Positions 36,536-45,796 of a DNA stretch of 64,000 nt are shown here, one piece after another. The DNA comes from Chitinophagaceae bacterium (GTDB lineage: Bacteria; Bacteroidota; Bacteroidia; Chitinophagales; UBA10324). Made by a program: the position numbers and the translations under genes. The DNA lies in NCBI GenBank assembly GCA_947474435.1, contig CANJII010000015.1, positions 12,321 to 76,320 on the forward strand. The letters are read 5' to 3'. Position 1 is the stretch's first letter. Each line of letters opens with the position of its first letter. Below the pieces are notes generated by a model, which saw nothing but the letters and a program-made list of their open reading frames with translations, was not told where the DNA came from and made no database searches.

Positions 36536-36576
36536 AAAAGGCGGCGCAACAATGTGTCGCCTTTTTGTTTTTTATT
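36536..36576 (+). terminator. rho-independent terminator
   Basis: aaaaggcg...cgcctttt stem (8 bp plus inner pairs) followed by tttttgttttttatttt. Confidence 0.7.
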
Positions 36577-36698
36577 TTCATAGAATTTATATCCGGAAAA
36601 TTATTTTTATGATTAATGAGGATGTTTATAAATACTAAAATCACCTTAAATTCAAAATTGGAAATACTATTTTACGATTCAATTTTATTAAGGTAGAA

Positions 36699-37295
36699 CT
36701 ATATTTTATTCAGCGGAATTCTATCGGAATGAATTTGCTTTTTATAATCGTGCACACTCACACCGGCCACTTGTTTAAATTGAGTTGACAAAGCGGCCAC
36801 ACTACTGTAACCCATTGTATAAGATATTTCACTTAGAGAAATATCATCGTAGCTGATGAGTTCTTTCACCCGCTCAATTTTTATTTGAATAATGTATTTC
36901 TCGAGTGTGCTATTGGTGTGCTTTGAAAATGCTTTACTGAGAGAAATATATGGCTCACCCAACTTCTGACTCAGGTAATCGGAATTACGAATGAGTGAAT
37001 TCACATTGTTTCCGAAAAAAAACAATTGAATCACAGCAGCTTTTATCTGCTCCACTAATTTTTTTTCCTTATCGTCAATCAATGCAAAACCATTTCGGTT
37101 TAAAATTGCATTAATGAAATCTGTATTCACCACACCTTCGTTGTAATGGATAACAGCACGACCTAATTCAATATCTTCCACCTGAATAAAACCACTTCGT
37201 TCCAACTCCCATTTAATCACCTTCACACAACTATCGCTTACCATGTTTCGAATAAATATGGTAACAGTTTTAGTGTTGAGGTTTGCGGGCTGCAT
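36699..37295 (-). CDS. AraC family transcriptional regulator with N-terminal HMA-like (ferredoxin-fold) domain
   Basis: 198 aa. C-terminal AraC HTH LSEISYTMGYSSVAALSTQFKQVAGVSVHDYKK. N-terminal FIRNMVSDSCVKVIKWELERSGF resembles a heavy-metal-associated fold but has only one Cys. Confidence 0.75.
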   Translation of the reverse strand: MQPANLNTKTVTIFIRNMVSDSCVKVIKWELERSGFIQVEDIELGRAVIHYNEGVVNTDFINAILNRNGFALIDDKEKKLVEQIKAAVIQLFFFGNNVNSLIRNSDYLSQKLGEPYISLSKAFSKHTNSTLEKYIIQIKIERVKELISYDDISLSEISYTMGYSSVAALSTQFKQVAGVSVHDYKKQIHSDRIPLNKI

Positions 37296-37328
37296 TTATA
37301 GTGAATGGTGAATTGTCAATGAAGAATA

Positions 37329-38072
37329 TTAAAACTCAATAACTTTTCGTTTCAATTCAAAATTTTGTCCGAGGTAAACACGACGAACCTGTTCGTTTGC
37401 AGCAAGCTCTTCGGCTGTTCCGCTCATTAATATTTTTCCTTCGAATAATAAATAAGCGCGGTCTGTTATGCTTAATGTTTCCTGCACATTATGGTCAGTG
37501 ATTAAAATGCCAATATTCTTAAATTTCAATCGTGCAACAATTCGTTGAATATCTTCCACAGCAATTGGGTCTATTCCGGCAAAAGGTTCATCCAACAAAA
37601 TAAATTTAGGATCAGTAGCGAGCGCACGGGCGATTTCTGTTCTTCTTCTTTCACCTCCACTTAATAAATCGCCGCGGCTTTTACGAATGTGATTCAATCC
37701 AAACTCTGCTAACAAACTGTTGAGTTTATGTTCCCGCTCACCAGCTTTTAAATCCATAATTTCAAGAACAGCCATAATATTATCTTCCACACTCAGTTTT
37801 CGAAAGATACTTGCTTCTTGCGGGAGGTACCCAATTCCAAGTTGAGCACGCTTATACATCGGCTCCTTGGTAATTTCTGTGTTATCTAAAAAAATATGTC
37901 CTTCATCAGCTTTGATTAAACCAACCGTCATATAAAAAGTGGTGGTTTTTCCGGCACCATTCGGACCGAGCAATCCAACAATTTCTCCTTGTTGAACCTG
38001 TACCGAAACTTTGTCGACAACTTTTCGGCGACGATATGCTTTTTCTAAATTTTCGGTGCGGAGTAATGACAT
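37329..38072 (-). CDS. lptB: LPS export ABC transporter ATP-binding protein
   Basis: 247 aa. Walker [28 protein letters not shown], signature LSGGERRR, Walker B ILLDEP. Confidence 0.88.
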   Translation of the reverse strand: MSLLRTENLEKAYRRRKVVDKVSVQVQQGEIVGLLGPNGAGKTTTFYMTVGLIKADEGHIFLDNTEITKEPMYKRAQLGIGYLPQEASIFRKLSVEDNIMAVLEIMDLKAGEREHKLNSLLAEFGLNHIRKSRGDLLSGGERRRTEIARALATDPKFILLDEPFAGIDPIAVEDIQRIVARLKFKNIGILITDHNVQETLSITDRAYLLFEGKILMSGTAEELAANEQVRRVYLGQNFELKRKVIEF

Positions 38073-38075
38073 AAA

Positions 38076-39782
38076 TTAATTTCCGTTTGCTTTTATATCT
38101 CTCACATTTACTTCTAGTGATTTGGTATTGTTCCATTCATTTTCTTCCAAAGAATAGCACAAATCTATTGGTTGCTTGCTCTTTACGAGACTTAAAAATT
38201 CTTCACCATTAAAAACTATTCCTTTCAATTGAAAAGGAGTTCCTTCCATCATCAACGAAATTTTTAAATGCCCGTTTCCAACCAGGCGGCTGTGTCCGGT
38301 ATCAACCATTCCGCGTGTAACGAACACCGGTTTCATATTATGCGGACCGAATGGAGAAAACTGTTTCAGTATGTCATAAAATTTATTGCTGATATCGTTT
38401 GGGGAAAGTTCTGCATCAATATTTATTTGCGGAATGAGCATTTGATCTTCAATGGTACTTGAAACCACTTCTTCAAAACGCGCAATGAAAGCCGGAACAT
38501 TTTCTTTTTTTAAAGTTAAACCTGCGGCGAACATGTGACCACCGAATTGTTCCAATAAATCGCTGCAACTTTTTATTGCTTCATAAATATCATAACCTGC
38601 AACTGAGCGTGCTGAACCCGATGCAACACCATTGCTCTCAGTTAAAATAATTGTTGGCCGATAATAATGATCGAGCATTCGCGAAGCCACAATTCCAATA
38701 ACACCCTTATGCCAATGAGATTTATAAAGTACGGTTGATTTTTTTTTCTGTTGATCAATATCATTCACCAACAGACTCAACGCTTCAGCTGTGATATTTA
38801 CATCTACTTCCTTGCGCTCTTTGTTTTTTACATTCAAGGCATCGGCATTATTATCTGCCTGTTCTGAATGTTCAGATATGAGCAACTTCACTGCATGTCG
38901 AGCATCGTCCATTCTGCCAGCTGCATTTATTCTCGGACCGAGTGAGAAAACAATATCAGAAATACTTAACTCCCGTTTCATTCCTGCTGCTTTTATCAAT
39001 GCCTTTACACCTTCACTCGGGTGATGATTTAATTGTTTCAAACCTAAAAATGCAAGCACCCTATTCTCCCCTGTAACGGGAACAATATCAGCTGCAATGC
39101 TGATGACCACTAAATCTAAAAAATTTGTCAGCTCACTTTCATTTATATCGTGCTTGAGAATATATGCATGCATAAGTTTAAATCCGATGCCGCAACCACT
39201 CAGTTCTTTAAACGGATAATTGCAATCAACTCTTTTCGGATCAAGCACTGCAACTGCTTTTGGAATTTCATCGCCGGGTAAGTGGTGATCGCAAATAATA
39301 AAATCAATTCCTTTTTCAGTGGCGTATTCAACTTTATCAATTGCTTTTATTCCGCAATCCAATGCAATGATTAAAGTGAATCCGTTTTCTTTAGCCCAAT
39401 CAATTCCCTGAAAAGAAATTCCATATCCTTCCTTGTATCGGTCAGGTAAATAATAATCCATGTTTAAATAATAGCGACGGAGAAATGAATATACCAATGC
39501 AACTGAAGTTGTTCCATCCACATCATAATCACCGTAAACTAAAATTTTTTCTTTGCGCTGCATGGCTTCCTGAATGCGGTCAATCGCTTTGTCCATGTCC
39601 TTCATCAGAAACGGATCGTGCAGGTGTTCCCACTTCGGACGAAAAAAATCTTTTGCTTCATCATAAGTTACAACACTTCGTTGCGAAAGCAACTGACATA
39701 GAACCGGATGAACTTTTAAAACACTCTGAAGATGTTCAGCAATTTCCTGATTAAAATCTTTTACCACCCAGCGCTTCTTCAT
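38076..39782 (-). CDS. recJ: single-stranded-DNA-specific exonuclease RecJ
   Basis: 568 aa. DHH motifs YGDYDVDGTTS, ALDCG, ICDHH. DHHA1 motif GGHMFAAG. Confidence 0.9.
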   Translation of the reverse strand: MKKRWVVKDFNQEIAEHLQSVLKVHPVLCQLLSQRSVVTYDEAKDFFRPKWEHLHDPFLMKDMDKAIDRIQEAMQRKEKILVYGDYDVDGTTSVALVYSFLRRYYLNMDYYLPDRYKEGYGISFQGIDWAKENGFTLIIALDCGIKAIDKVEYATEKGIDFIICDHHLPGDEIPKAVAVLDPKRVDCNYPFKELSGCGIGFKLMHAYILKHDINESELTNFLDLVVISIAADIVPVTGENRVLAFLGLKQLNHHPSEGVKALIKAAGMKRELSISDIVFSLGPRINAAGRMDDARHAVKLLISEHSEQADNNADALNVKNKERKEVDVNITAEALSLLVNDIDQQKKKSTVLYKSHWHKGVIGIVASRMLDHYYRPTIILTESNGVASGSARSVAGYDIYEAIKSCSDLLEQFGGHMFAAGLTLKKENVPAFIARFEEVVSSTIEDQMLIPQINIDAELSPNDISNKFYDILKQFSPFGPHNMKPVFVTRGMVDTGHSRLVGNGHLKISLMMEGTPFQLKGIVFNGEEFLSLVKSKQPIDLCYSLEENEWNNTKSLEVNVRDIKANGN

Positions 39783-39788
39783 ATTACC

Positions 39789-39822
39789 CCATCTCTACCT
39801 CTTCCCCAAAGCGAAAGAGAAC
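39789..39822. repeat. 34-nt dispersed element, copy in the recJ leader
   Basis: ccatctctacctcttccccaaagcgaaagagaac. It ends 6 nt upstream of the recJ ATG on the minus strand. About 30 of 34 positions are identical to 22634..22667, and the stem is partly degraded here. Confidence 0.8.
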
Positions 39823-39866
39823 TGCCGTTAAAAAAAATATTCGATTCAAAATTCTTCATTTATACT

Positions 39867-40913
39867 TTATAATTTATTATTTAATTTTTTTGTCCAACGC
39901 CACGCGCTTAGAATCATTTCATCTAAACTCTTCAGGTTTTTCCAACCTAACTTATCAATTGCTTTTTTATTATCAGAAAAAATTGCGGCAACATCACCCG
40001 ATCTTCTTGCTCCGATTTTATAATTCAATTTTTCACCCGATATTTTTTCAAATGCATTTATCACCTCCAAAACTGAATAACCTTTTCCGGTTCCTAAATT
40101 CATTACATCAACATTCCGGTTTCTGTTTTTCCTTTCTTCCTCTGAAATTTTATTTTTCATCAGATATAAAAGAGAAAGAGAATGTGCTTCCGCAATATCC
40201 ATAACATGAATGTAATCTCGGATACATGAGCCATCCGGAGTTTCGTAATCATTTCCGTGAACCACCAACTCATTCGTTTTTCCAAGCGCGGTGTAAAAAA
40301 CAGATGGAAATAAATTAGAGGGTTTACCAATGGGCAACTCACCAATTTCAGCTGACGGGTGCGCGCCCACTGGATTAAAATATCGCAGCATGATAAATCG
40401 TGTTTTGCATGCATTGGCAGTATCGAAAATAATTTCCTCACCAATTTGTTTTGTTCTTCCGTACGGAGAAGCTGCTTCAGGCAATGGAGTTTCTTCATTT
40501 ACCGGCAATGATTTCACATCGCCATAAACAGAACATGAAGAAGAGAAAATAAAATTCGGAACATCGAATTGAACTGCACACTCTAAAATATTTATCAGAG
40601 AAATTAAATTATTCCGGAAATATAAAAGCGGTTTTTCTACTGACTCACCCACTGCTTTGTATGCAGCAAAATGAATGATGCCTGTAATGTTATTATTTTC
40701 TTCGAAAACTTTTTTCGTTGCTGTTAAGTCACATAAATCAATTTCATAATTCACTATTTCTTTCCCTGTAATTTTTCGAACACCCTCCAGCATTTTTTTA
40801 TCGGAGCGCGAAAAGTTGTCGATTGAAATAACTTCAAATCCTTTCTGAACCAGATCAACTATGGTATGACTGCCAATGTAACCGCAACCGCCGGCGACTA
40901 AAATTTTTTCCAT
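39867..40913 (-). CDS. galE: UDP-glucose 4-epimerase
   Basis: MEKILVAGGCGYIGSH Rossmann N-terminus, SSSCSVYG, YGRTK. The ORF also opens at 40937 (ATGA overlap with the upstream stop), which adds 8 non-conserved residues. Confidence 0.85.
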   Translation of the reverse strand: MEKILVAGGCGYIGSHTIVDLVQKGFEVISIDNFSRSDKKMLEGVRKITGKEIVNYEIDLCDLTATKKVFEENNNITGIIHFAAYKAVGESVEKPLLYFRNNLISLINILECAVQFDVPNFIFSSSCSVYGDVKSLPVNEETPLPEAASPYGRTKQIGEEIIFDTANACKTRFIMLRYFNPVGAHPSAEIGELPIGKPSNLFPSVFYTALGKTNELVVHGNDYETPDGSCIRDYIHVMDIAEAHSLSLLYLMKNKISEEERKNRNRNVDVMNLGTGKGYSVLEVINAFEKISGEKLNYKIGARRSGDVAAIFSDNKKAIDKLGWKNLKSLDEMILSAWRWTKKLNNKL

Positions 40914-40933
40914 TCTTCTAAATTTTTTAAGAA

Positions 40934-41863
40934 TCAAAAATTACCGGAGGCTATCACTTTCTTAATACCTGCTTCAATCGGAAGCAATGGCCGGCCAAGC
41001 AATTCTTTCATCTTGGCAATATCGGGTTTGCGCCGTGTCATATCACCTTCTTTCAGCGGCGGAAGATGAACAATTTTTGACTTAGACTTAGTGAGTTTGA
41101 TAATCATTTTAGCTAAATCAATGATGGTGGTTTCTTTATCGTTGCCCACATTTACCACATCATTCAGAAACATATTTTTTTTGAGGGCATTGTAGGTTGT
41201 TTCAATGTTATCATCAATGTAACAAAAAGTGCGCGTTTGTTTTCCATCACCATATGCAGTGATTTCTTTGTTCTTCAAGGCAGCACGAATGAATTTCGAC
41301 ATTACAAAATCAGTACTTTGTTTCGGACCATAAGTATTGAAGAAACGGAAGATGGTGTAATCCAATCCATATTCCTTTTTATATGATTTAAGAAATGCCT
41401 CACCCACATTTTTCACAATGGCATAAGGCAATTTTGAATTGAGCGGAGTGGTGTCTTCATTCTGTGGAAACTCAACCGGCTCACCATAAACTTCAGATGA
41501 TGAAGAAAAGAAAACCCGTTTAACTCCTGTGTTTTTACAGAGGTCTAACACATTTTTTATTCCCTGAATGTCATCCAGCACCATTACCGGATGCGACAAG
41601 GTTCGCTGTACGCCAACTAAAGCCGCATAATGAAAAACATAATCAAAAGAGTGCGACAACATCACCGATGAAATATCATTGTAAATATTTACATCGCCTT
41701 TTATGAACCGCCAGTTTTTGAATTGATGAGATGGTAATTTTTCTTTTGAGCCTGTAATCAGATTATCGAAGATAACTACAAAATTATTTTCATCCTTCAC
41801 CAATCGCTCAGCCAGGCAACTCGGAATAAATCCCGCGCCGCCGGTAATCAATATTTTATTCAT
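40934..41863 (-). CDS. NAD-dependent epimerase/dehydratase (extended SDR, UDP-glucuronate decarboxylase-like)
   Basis: 309 aa. ILITGGAGFIPS, SSSSEVYG, YAIVK catalytic YxxxK. Confidence 0.75.
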   Translation of the reverse strand: MNKILITGGAGFIPSCLAERLVKDENNFVVIFDNLITGSKEKLPSHQFKNWRFIKGDVNIYNDISSVMLSHSFDYVFHYAALVGVQRTLSHPVMVLDDIQGIKNVLDLCKNTGVKRVFFSSSSEVYGEPVEFPQNEDTTPLNSKLPYAIVKNVGEAFLKSYKKEYGLDYTIFRFFNTYGPKQSTDFVMSKFIRAALKNKEITAYGDGKQTRTFCYIDDNIETTYNALKKNMFLNDVVNVGNDKETTIIDLAKMIIKLTKSKSKIVHLPPLKEGDMTRRKPDIAKMKELLGRPLLPIEAGIKKVIASGNF

Positions 41864-41876
41864 CAGTTAAATTTTT

Positions 41877-42737
41877 TTACTCCAGAATATCCATGAGATA
41901 TTTTCCGTAACCGCTTTTCAATAATGGTTCAGCTAATTTCCGAAGTTGATTGTCATCAATGAATTTTTTCCGCCACGCTATCTCCTCAATGCATCCAACT
42001 TTTAATCCTTGCCTGTTTTCAATCACCTGCACAAATTGGGATGCCTGCATTAATGAATCAAATGTACCTGTATCTAACCACGCTGTTCCACGGTCAAGAA
42101 CCGCGACTTGTAATTTTCCTTGCTTTAAATATTCTTTATTTACATCAGTAATTTCATACTCGCCACGCACTCCGGGTTTTATATTTTTTGCAATTTCAAC
42201 TACAGAGTTGTCGTAAAAATAAAGCCCGGGTACAGCAAAATTTGATTTCGGTTCTTTCGGTTTTTCTTCAATTGAAAGCACCTTCATTTCACTATCAAAT
42301 TCCACCACGCCGTATCGTTCAGGATCTGAAACATGGTAAGCGAAAATTACTCCGCCATTAATTGTAGTATGATTTTGCAACAATGAGCCAAGTGCCGAAC
42401 CATAAAAAATATTATCGCCGAGAACCAAGGCAACACTGTCGTTGCCAATAAATTTTTCGCCAATCACAAATGCCTGCGCCAGTCCATTTGGTTTTTCCTG
42501 TACGGCGTAAGTGAACTTGCATCCGAACTGACTGCCATCGCCAAACAAATGTTCAAATCCTGGCAAATCATGGGGAGTGGAAATTATGAGTACTTCATTT
42601 ATTCCTGCCAAAAGCAAAACCGACATTGGATAATAAATCATTGGCTTATCGTAGATGGGCATCATTTGTTTGCTGATGGCATAAGTAATCGGGTATAGTC
42701 GTGTGCCGCTTCCGCCGGCGAGTATGATTCCTTTCAT
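41877..42737 (-). CDS. rfbA: glucose-1-phosphate thymidylyltransferase
   Basis: 286 aa. [34 protein letters not shown] and EKP.EPKSN are characteristic of RfbA/RmlA. Confidence 0.9.
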   Translation of the reverse strand: MKGIILAGGSGTRLYPITYAISKQMMPIYDKPMIYYPMSVLLLAGINEVLIISTPHDLPGFEHLFGDGSQFGCKFTYAVQEKPNGLAQAFVIGEKFIGNDSVALVLGDNIFYGSALGSLLQNHTTINGGVIFAYHVSDPERYGVVEFDSEMKVLSIEEKPKEPKSNFAVPGLYFYDNSVVEIAKNIKPGVRGEYEITDVNKEYLKQGKLQVAVLDRGTAWLDTGTFDSLMQASQFVQVIENRQGLKVGCIEEIAWRKKFIDDNQLRKLAEPLLKSGYGKYLMDILE

Positions 42738-42881
42738 GTGTTAAGCGTTGGCTAAGTAAATGCTTTATGCTTCAATTAAAGCGAAGCGAAAATAAAAAGA
42801 TTGATTAGGATTGAAAGTGAAGAAACTATTTATGGGTTTTTGTTTTGATTCAAATTGCAAACAACAAATTATTATTTACTT

Positions 42882-42940
42882 CAGAGGCGCAGAGCCGCAA
42901 AGATTTTCAACCCTTTTTTCTTTGCGGCTCTGCGCCTCTG
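42882..42940. repeat. perfect 22-bp GC-rich inverted repeat with 15-nt T-rich loop in a divergent intergenic region
   Basis: Left arm cagaggcgcagagccgcaaaga (42882..42903), loop ttttcaacccttttt, right arm tctttgcggctctgcgcctctg (42919..42940). Confidence 0.9.
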
Positions 42941-43024
42941 CGATTAAATTTTCTCCGGTAGATTTTGATTTTGGCACAGCACTTGGCTAATTGGTTGGTA
43001 TTGTTAATCACTAAAAACAATGTT

Positions 43025-43765
43025 ATGAAAAAGAAACTTTTACAAATCGTTTTGTTGGTTGCACTGAGTGTGAGTGCAAAAGCGGATTTCTACACTTCCG
43101 CCATCAACATCTGCAACCACGACAATGACCTCATCACTGTGATGCTTGATGGAATTCAGTATCCGAATGCAGTGAATGAATTTCATCTTTCAGGAATTGC
43201 ACCAGGTCGTCATCAGATAAAAGTTTTCACTCGTGAAAATTATGGATACAATTATTCGCACTTCAGTCATCTTGTTTACAACGGAGTGGTGAATCTGAAT
43301 CAGGGAGAAGAAATTTTTGCGGTGATAGATTCTTACAATCAATTGCATGTAAAAAAAGTGTTGCATCAAATGCCTACCCCAATAACTGTTGTTCAACAAA
43401 ACATTCATTGCAATACTTCATACAATAACAATTATCATCATGAAGAAAACTGCAATGCTCCTGTGTATTCATACGGACCATTTGCTATGGACGAAAGTTC
43501 TTTCTGTCAACTCAAGCAATGCATTGCTGGTAAATGGTTCGACAGTTCAAAATCAGAAGTGGCACAAATGGCAATGCGCAATAATTACTTCACCACTCAG
43601 CAGGTTGCCGGAATCATGAACCTGTTCGATTTCGAGTCAACAAAATTAGAGTTCGCAAAAATGGCTTACAGTCATGCGGTTGATCAGCAGAATTACTGGA
43701 TGGTCAATGATGCCTTCAGTTTCAGTTCAAGTATCAGCAGTTTACAAGAATTTATTGGTTACTAA
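43025..43765 (+). CDS. hypothetical secreted protein (possibly DUF4476 family)
   Basis: ATG 43025 gives the signal peptide MKKKLLQIVLLVALSVSAKA. The C-terminal FDSSKSEVAQMAMRNNYFTTQQVAGIMNLFDFESTKLEFAKMAY resembles DUF4476 from memory only. Confidence 0.5.
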   Translation: MKKKLLQIVLLVALSVSAKADFYTSAINICNHDNDLITVMLDGIQYPNAVNEFHLSGIAPGRHQIKVFTRENYGYNYSHFSHLVYNGVVNLNQGEEIFAVIDSYNQLHVKKVLHQMPTPITVVQQNIHCNTSYNNNYHHEENCNAPVYSYGPFAMDESSFCQLKQCIAGKWFDSSKSEVAQMAMRNNYFTTQQVAGIMNLFDFESTKLEFAKMAYSHAVDQQNYWMVNDAFSFSSSISSLQEFIGY

Positions 43766-43790
43766 GGTTGGTTATTTAATGGGTGATGTT

Positions 43791-43825
43791 GGGCTGTTCT
43801 TGAGGGAGGACAGCCCTTCTCTTTT
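43791..43825 (+). terminator. hairpin + T-rich tail after the 43025 gene
   Basis: gggctgt-(12 nt)-acagccc followed by ttctctttt. Confidence 0.5.
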
Positions 43826-44028
43826 AAGCCCAATCTCTAACCCTTTCCATCATCATCCGCCTTCGGCACCTTCTTCAAAAATGGAGAAGAAAATATGCTA
43901 AGAATTATATTTTGGGACAGGGAACTGCCGCGAAAATATTTCGCAGTTGTTTATCTCTTGAAAGATTTTTACCAATTAATCACACTGCGCATCTTCGTCT
44001 CGGCGTTTAAGTTTTCTAAATTTGTTTT

Positions 44029-44376
44029 ATGAAATACATTTTCGTTTCGCTGATGGTGATTTTATGTGCTTGTAAAACCACACAAAAAAGTTGGTATAAT
44101 AGTATTCCCGCTATAATAAATCAAAAACAGGCAACTTTTAGTGCTGAGAAAGTGTCAAACCCACCCCAGACAATTTACATTTATACATACCATGGTGACA
44201 GGGTTTATTTTATTCCTGCAAAATGTTGTGATAAAATGAGTGAGTTATTTGATTCGTCAGGAAATTTAATTGGCCATCCTGATGGAGGAATAACCGGCAA
44301 GGGAGATGGAAAGTGTTCAGACTTTTTTGATACGAGGACTAATGAAATACTTTTTTATAAGCATGAGCAGGATTGA
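44029..44376 (+). CDS. hypothetical lipoprotein
   Basis: 115 aa. MKYIFVSLMVILCACKT lipobox. Cys-rich (CCDKM, GKCSDFF). Confidence 0.55.
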   Translation: MKYIFVSLMVILCACKTTQKSWYNSIPAIINQKQATFSAEKVSNPPQTIYIYTYHGDRVYFIPAKCCDKMSELFDSSGNLIGHPDGGITGKGDGKCSDFFDTRTNEILFYKHEQD

Positions 44377-44453
44377 ATTTTCACTTGAGAGGACCTTCTT
44401 CTTTTCAATCATGAATTTTTTTCACCCATTGTTGTTGCAATTTGCAAAGTCAT

Positions 44454-44483
44454 TTTGAGTTCAGTTTTGTAATTCTACATTTG
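44454..44483 (+). promoter_or_regulatory. candidate Bacteroidota sigma-A promoter (TTTG-N18-TAcaTTTG) for the thiolase gene
   Basis: TTTG at 44454..44457 and TACATTTG at 44476..44483, followed by an A-rich (AAATAA-like) leader up to ATG 44518. Confidence 0.45.
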
Positions 44484-44517
44484 CGCCCTAATCGAAATAA
44501 AAATAAAAATAAAAATC

Positions 44518-45696
44518 ATGCAGGAAGTTTATATCATGTCAATTGCCCGGACACCAATCGGAAGTTTAGGAGGTTCACTCGCATCGCTCACCGCACCGCA
44601 GTTAGGAGCAGCGGCAATGAAGGCGGCAATGGAGCGTGCAAAAATTTCAGTTGATCAGGTGCAGGAAGTTTTTATGGGAAATGTTATCAGCGCGAATGTT
44701 GGTCAGGCGCCTGCGCAACAGGCAAGCATTGCGGCCGGAATTCCAACATCGGTTCCTTGTACTACTGTAAATAAAGTTTGCGCTTCAGGAATGAAAGCCA
44801 TAATGCTCGGAGCAGAATCAATCATGCTCGGCATTAATGATATTGTGATTGCAGGCGGAATGGAAAGCATGAGCAATGTTCCATACTACTTAGATAAAGC
44901 CCGTAACGGTTATCGCCTCGGTCACGGAACAATCACCGATGGAATTATCCGCGATGGATTGTGGGATCCGTATTCTGATTTTCACATGGGAAATGCTGCG
45001 GAGATTTGTGCGAAAGAATATAAAATCACCCGTGAAGAGCAGGATGCATTTGCAATAGAATCATACAAACGCGCCGCTGCTGCTTACGAAACAAAATCAT
45101 TCGCCAATGAAATTGTTCCGGTGGAAGTAACAGTTGGAAAAGAAAAAATAATGGTGAGTGATGATGAAGAATACAAGAAAGTGAAGTTCGATAAAATGCC
45201 AACACTTCGTCCTGCATTTCAAAAAGACGGAACCATTACCGCCGCAAACGCAAGTAAATTAAATGATGGTGCCGCTGCAATTGTTTTGATGAGTGCAGCA
45301 AAAGCAAAAGAGTTAGGATTAAAACCATTGGCAAAAATCACAGGCTTTGCTGATGCATCGCAAGACCCGACCTGGTTCACTACCACCCCTGCAATCGCAA
45401 TTCCGAAGGCTTTGAAGATGGCCGGTAAAGAAGTTGCTGATGTGGAGTATGCCGAAATCAATGAAGCATTTTCAGTGGTGTCAATCATCAACAATCGTTT
45501 ATTAAATCTGAATCCTGAGAAGGTAAATATTCACGGCGGCGGAGTTTCACTCGGTCATCCGATTGGTTCATCAGGTGCGCGCATTGCGGTTACACTCATC
45601 AATGTATTGAAAGAAAAAAATGCAAAGATTGGTGTTGCCGGAATTTGCAATGGCGGTGGCGGTGCTTCTGCCATTGTGATTGAGAATATGAATTGA
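44518..45696 (+). CDS. acetyl-CoA C-acetyltransferase (thiolase II)
   Basis: 392 aa. EVYIMSIARTPIGS, active-site VNKVCASGMKA, HGGGVSLGHPIGSSGAR, GICNGGGGASA. Confidence 0.92.
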   Translation: MQEVYIMSIARTPIGSLGGSLASLTAPQLGAAAMKAAMERAKISVDQVQEVFMGNVISANVGQAPAQQASIAAGIPTSVPCTTVNKVCASGMKAIMLGAESIMLGINDIVIAGGMESMSNVPYYLDKARNGYRLGHGTITDGIIRDGLWDPYSDFHMGNAAEICAKEYKITREEQDAFAIESYKRAAAAYETKSFANEIVPVEVTVGKEKIMVSDDEEYKKVKFDKMPTLRPAFQKDGTITAANASKLNDGAAAIVLMSAAKAKELGLKPLAKITGFADASQDPTWFTTTPAIAIPKALKMAGKEVADVEYAEINEAFSVVSIINNRLLNLNPEKVNIHGGGVSLGHPIGSSGARIAVTLINVLKEKNAKIGVAGICNGGGGASAIVIENMN

Positions 45697-45796
45697 TAAA
45701 AAGATTTTAGAATCATTATTCCTGCCGAATACTCGACAGATTTACCAAATACTACTTTATTCTTATTGCTAAATAGAAATTCTGTTTTTTAGTCGG

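Noticed and set aside
36202-36552. A 116-aa minus-strand ORF competing with the 36147..36515 plus-strand ORF.
   Set aside because: The plus-strand ORF has a canonical signal peptide and is followed by a rho-independent terminator in the correct orientation. The minus-strand product has no signal and no motifs.
42832-42990. A 52-codon ORF (MGFCFDSNCKQQ...) running through the 22-bp inverted repeat.
   Set aside because: Its middle is simply the translation of both hairpin arms. There is no signal, TM or conserved motif, so it is most likely a by-product of the GC-rich palindrome.
44442-44654. A 70-aa ORF overlapping the thiolase start, and the ORF at 43674..43901.
   Set aside because: Both are out of frame with, or run into, strongly supported genes or terminator/repeat DNA. 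Both have Arg/Asn-rich or Pro/Ser-rich nonsense composition.
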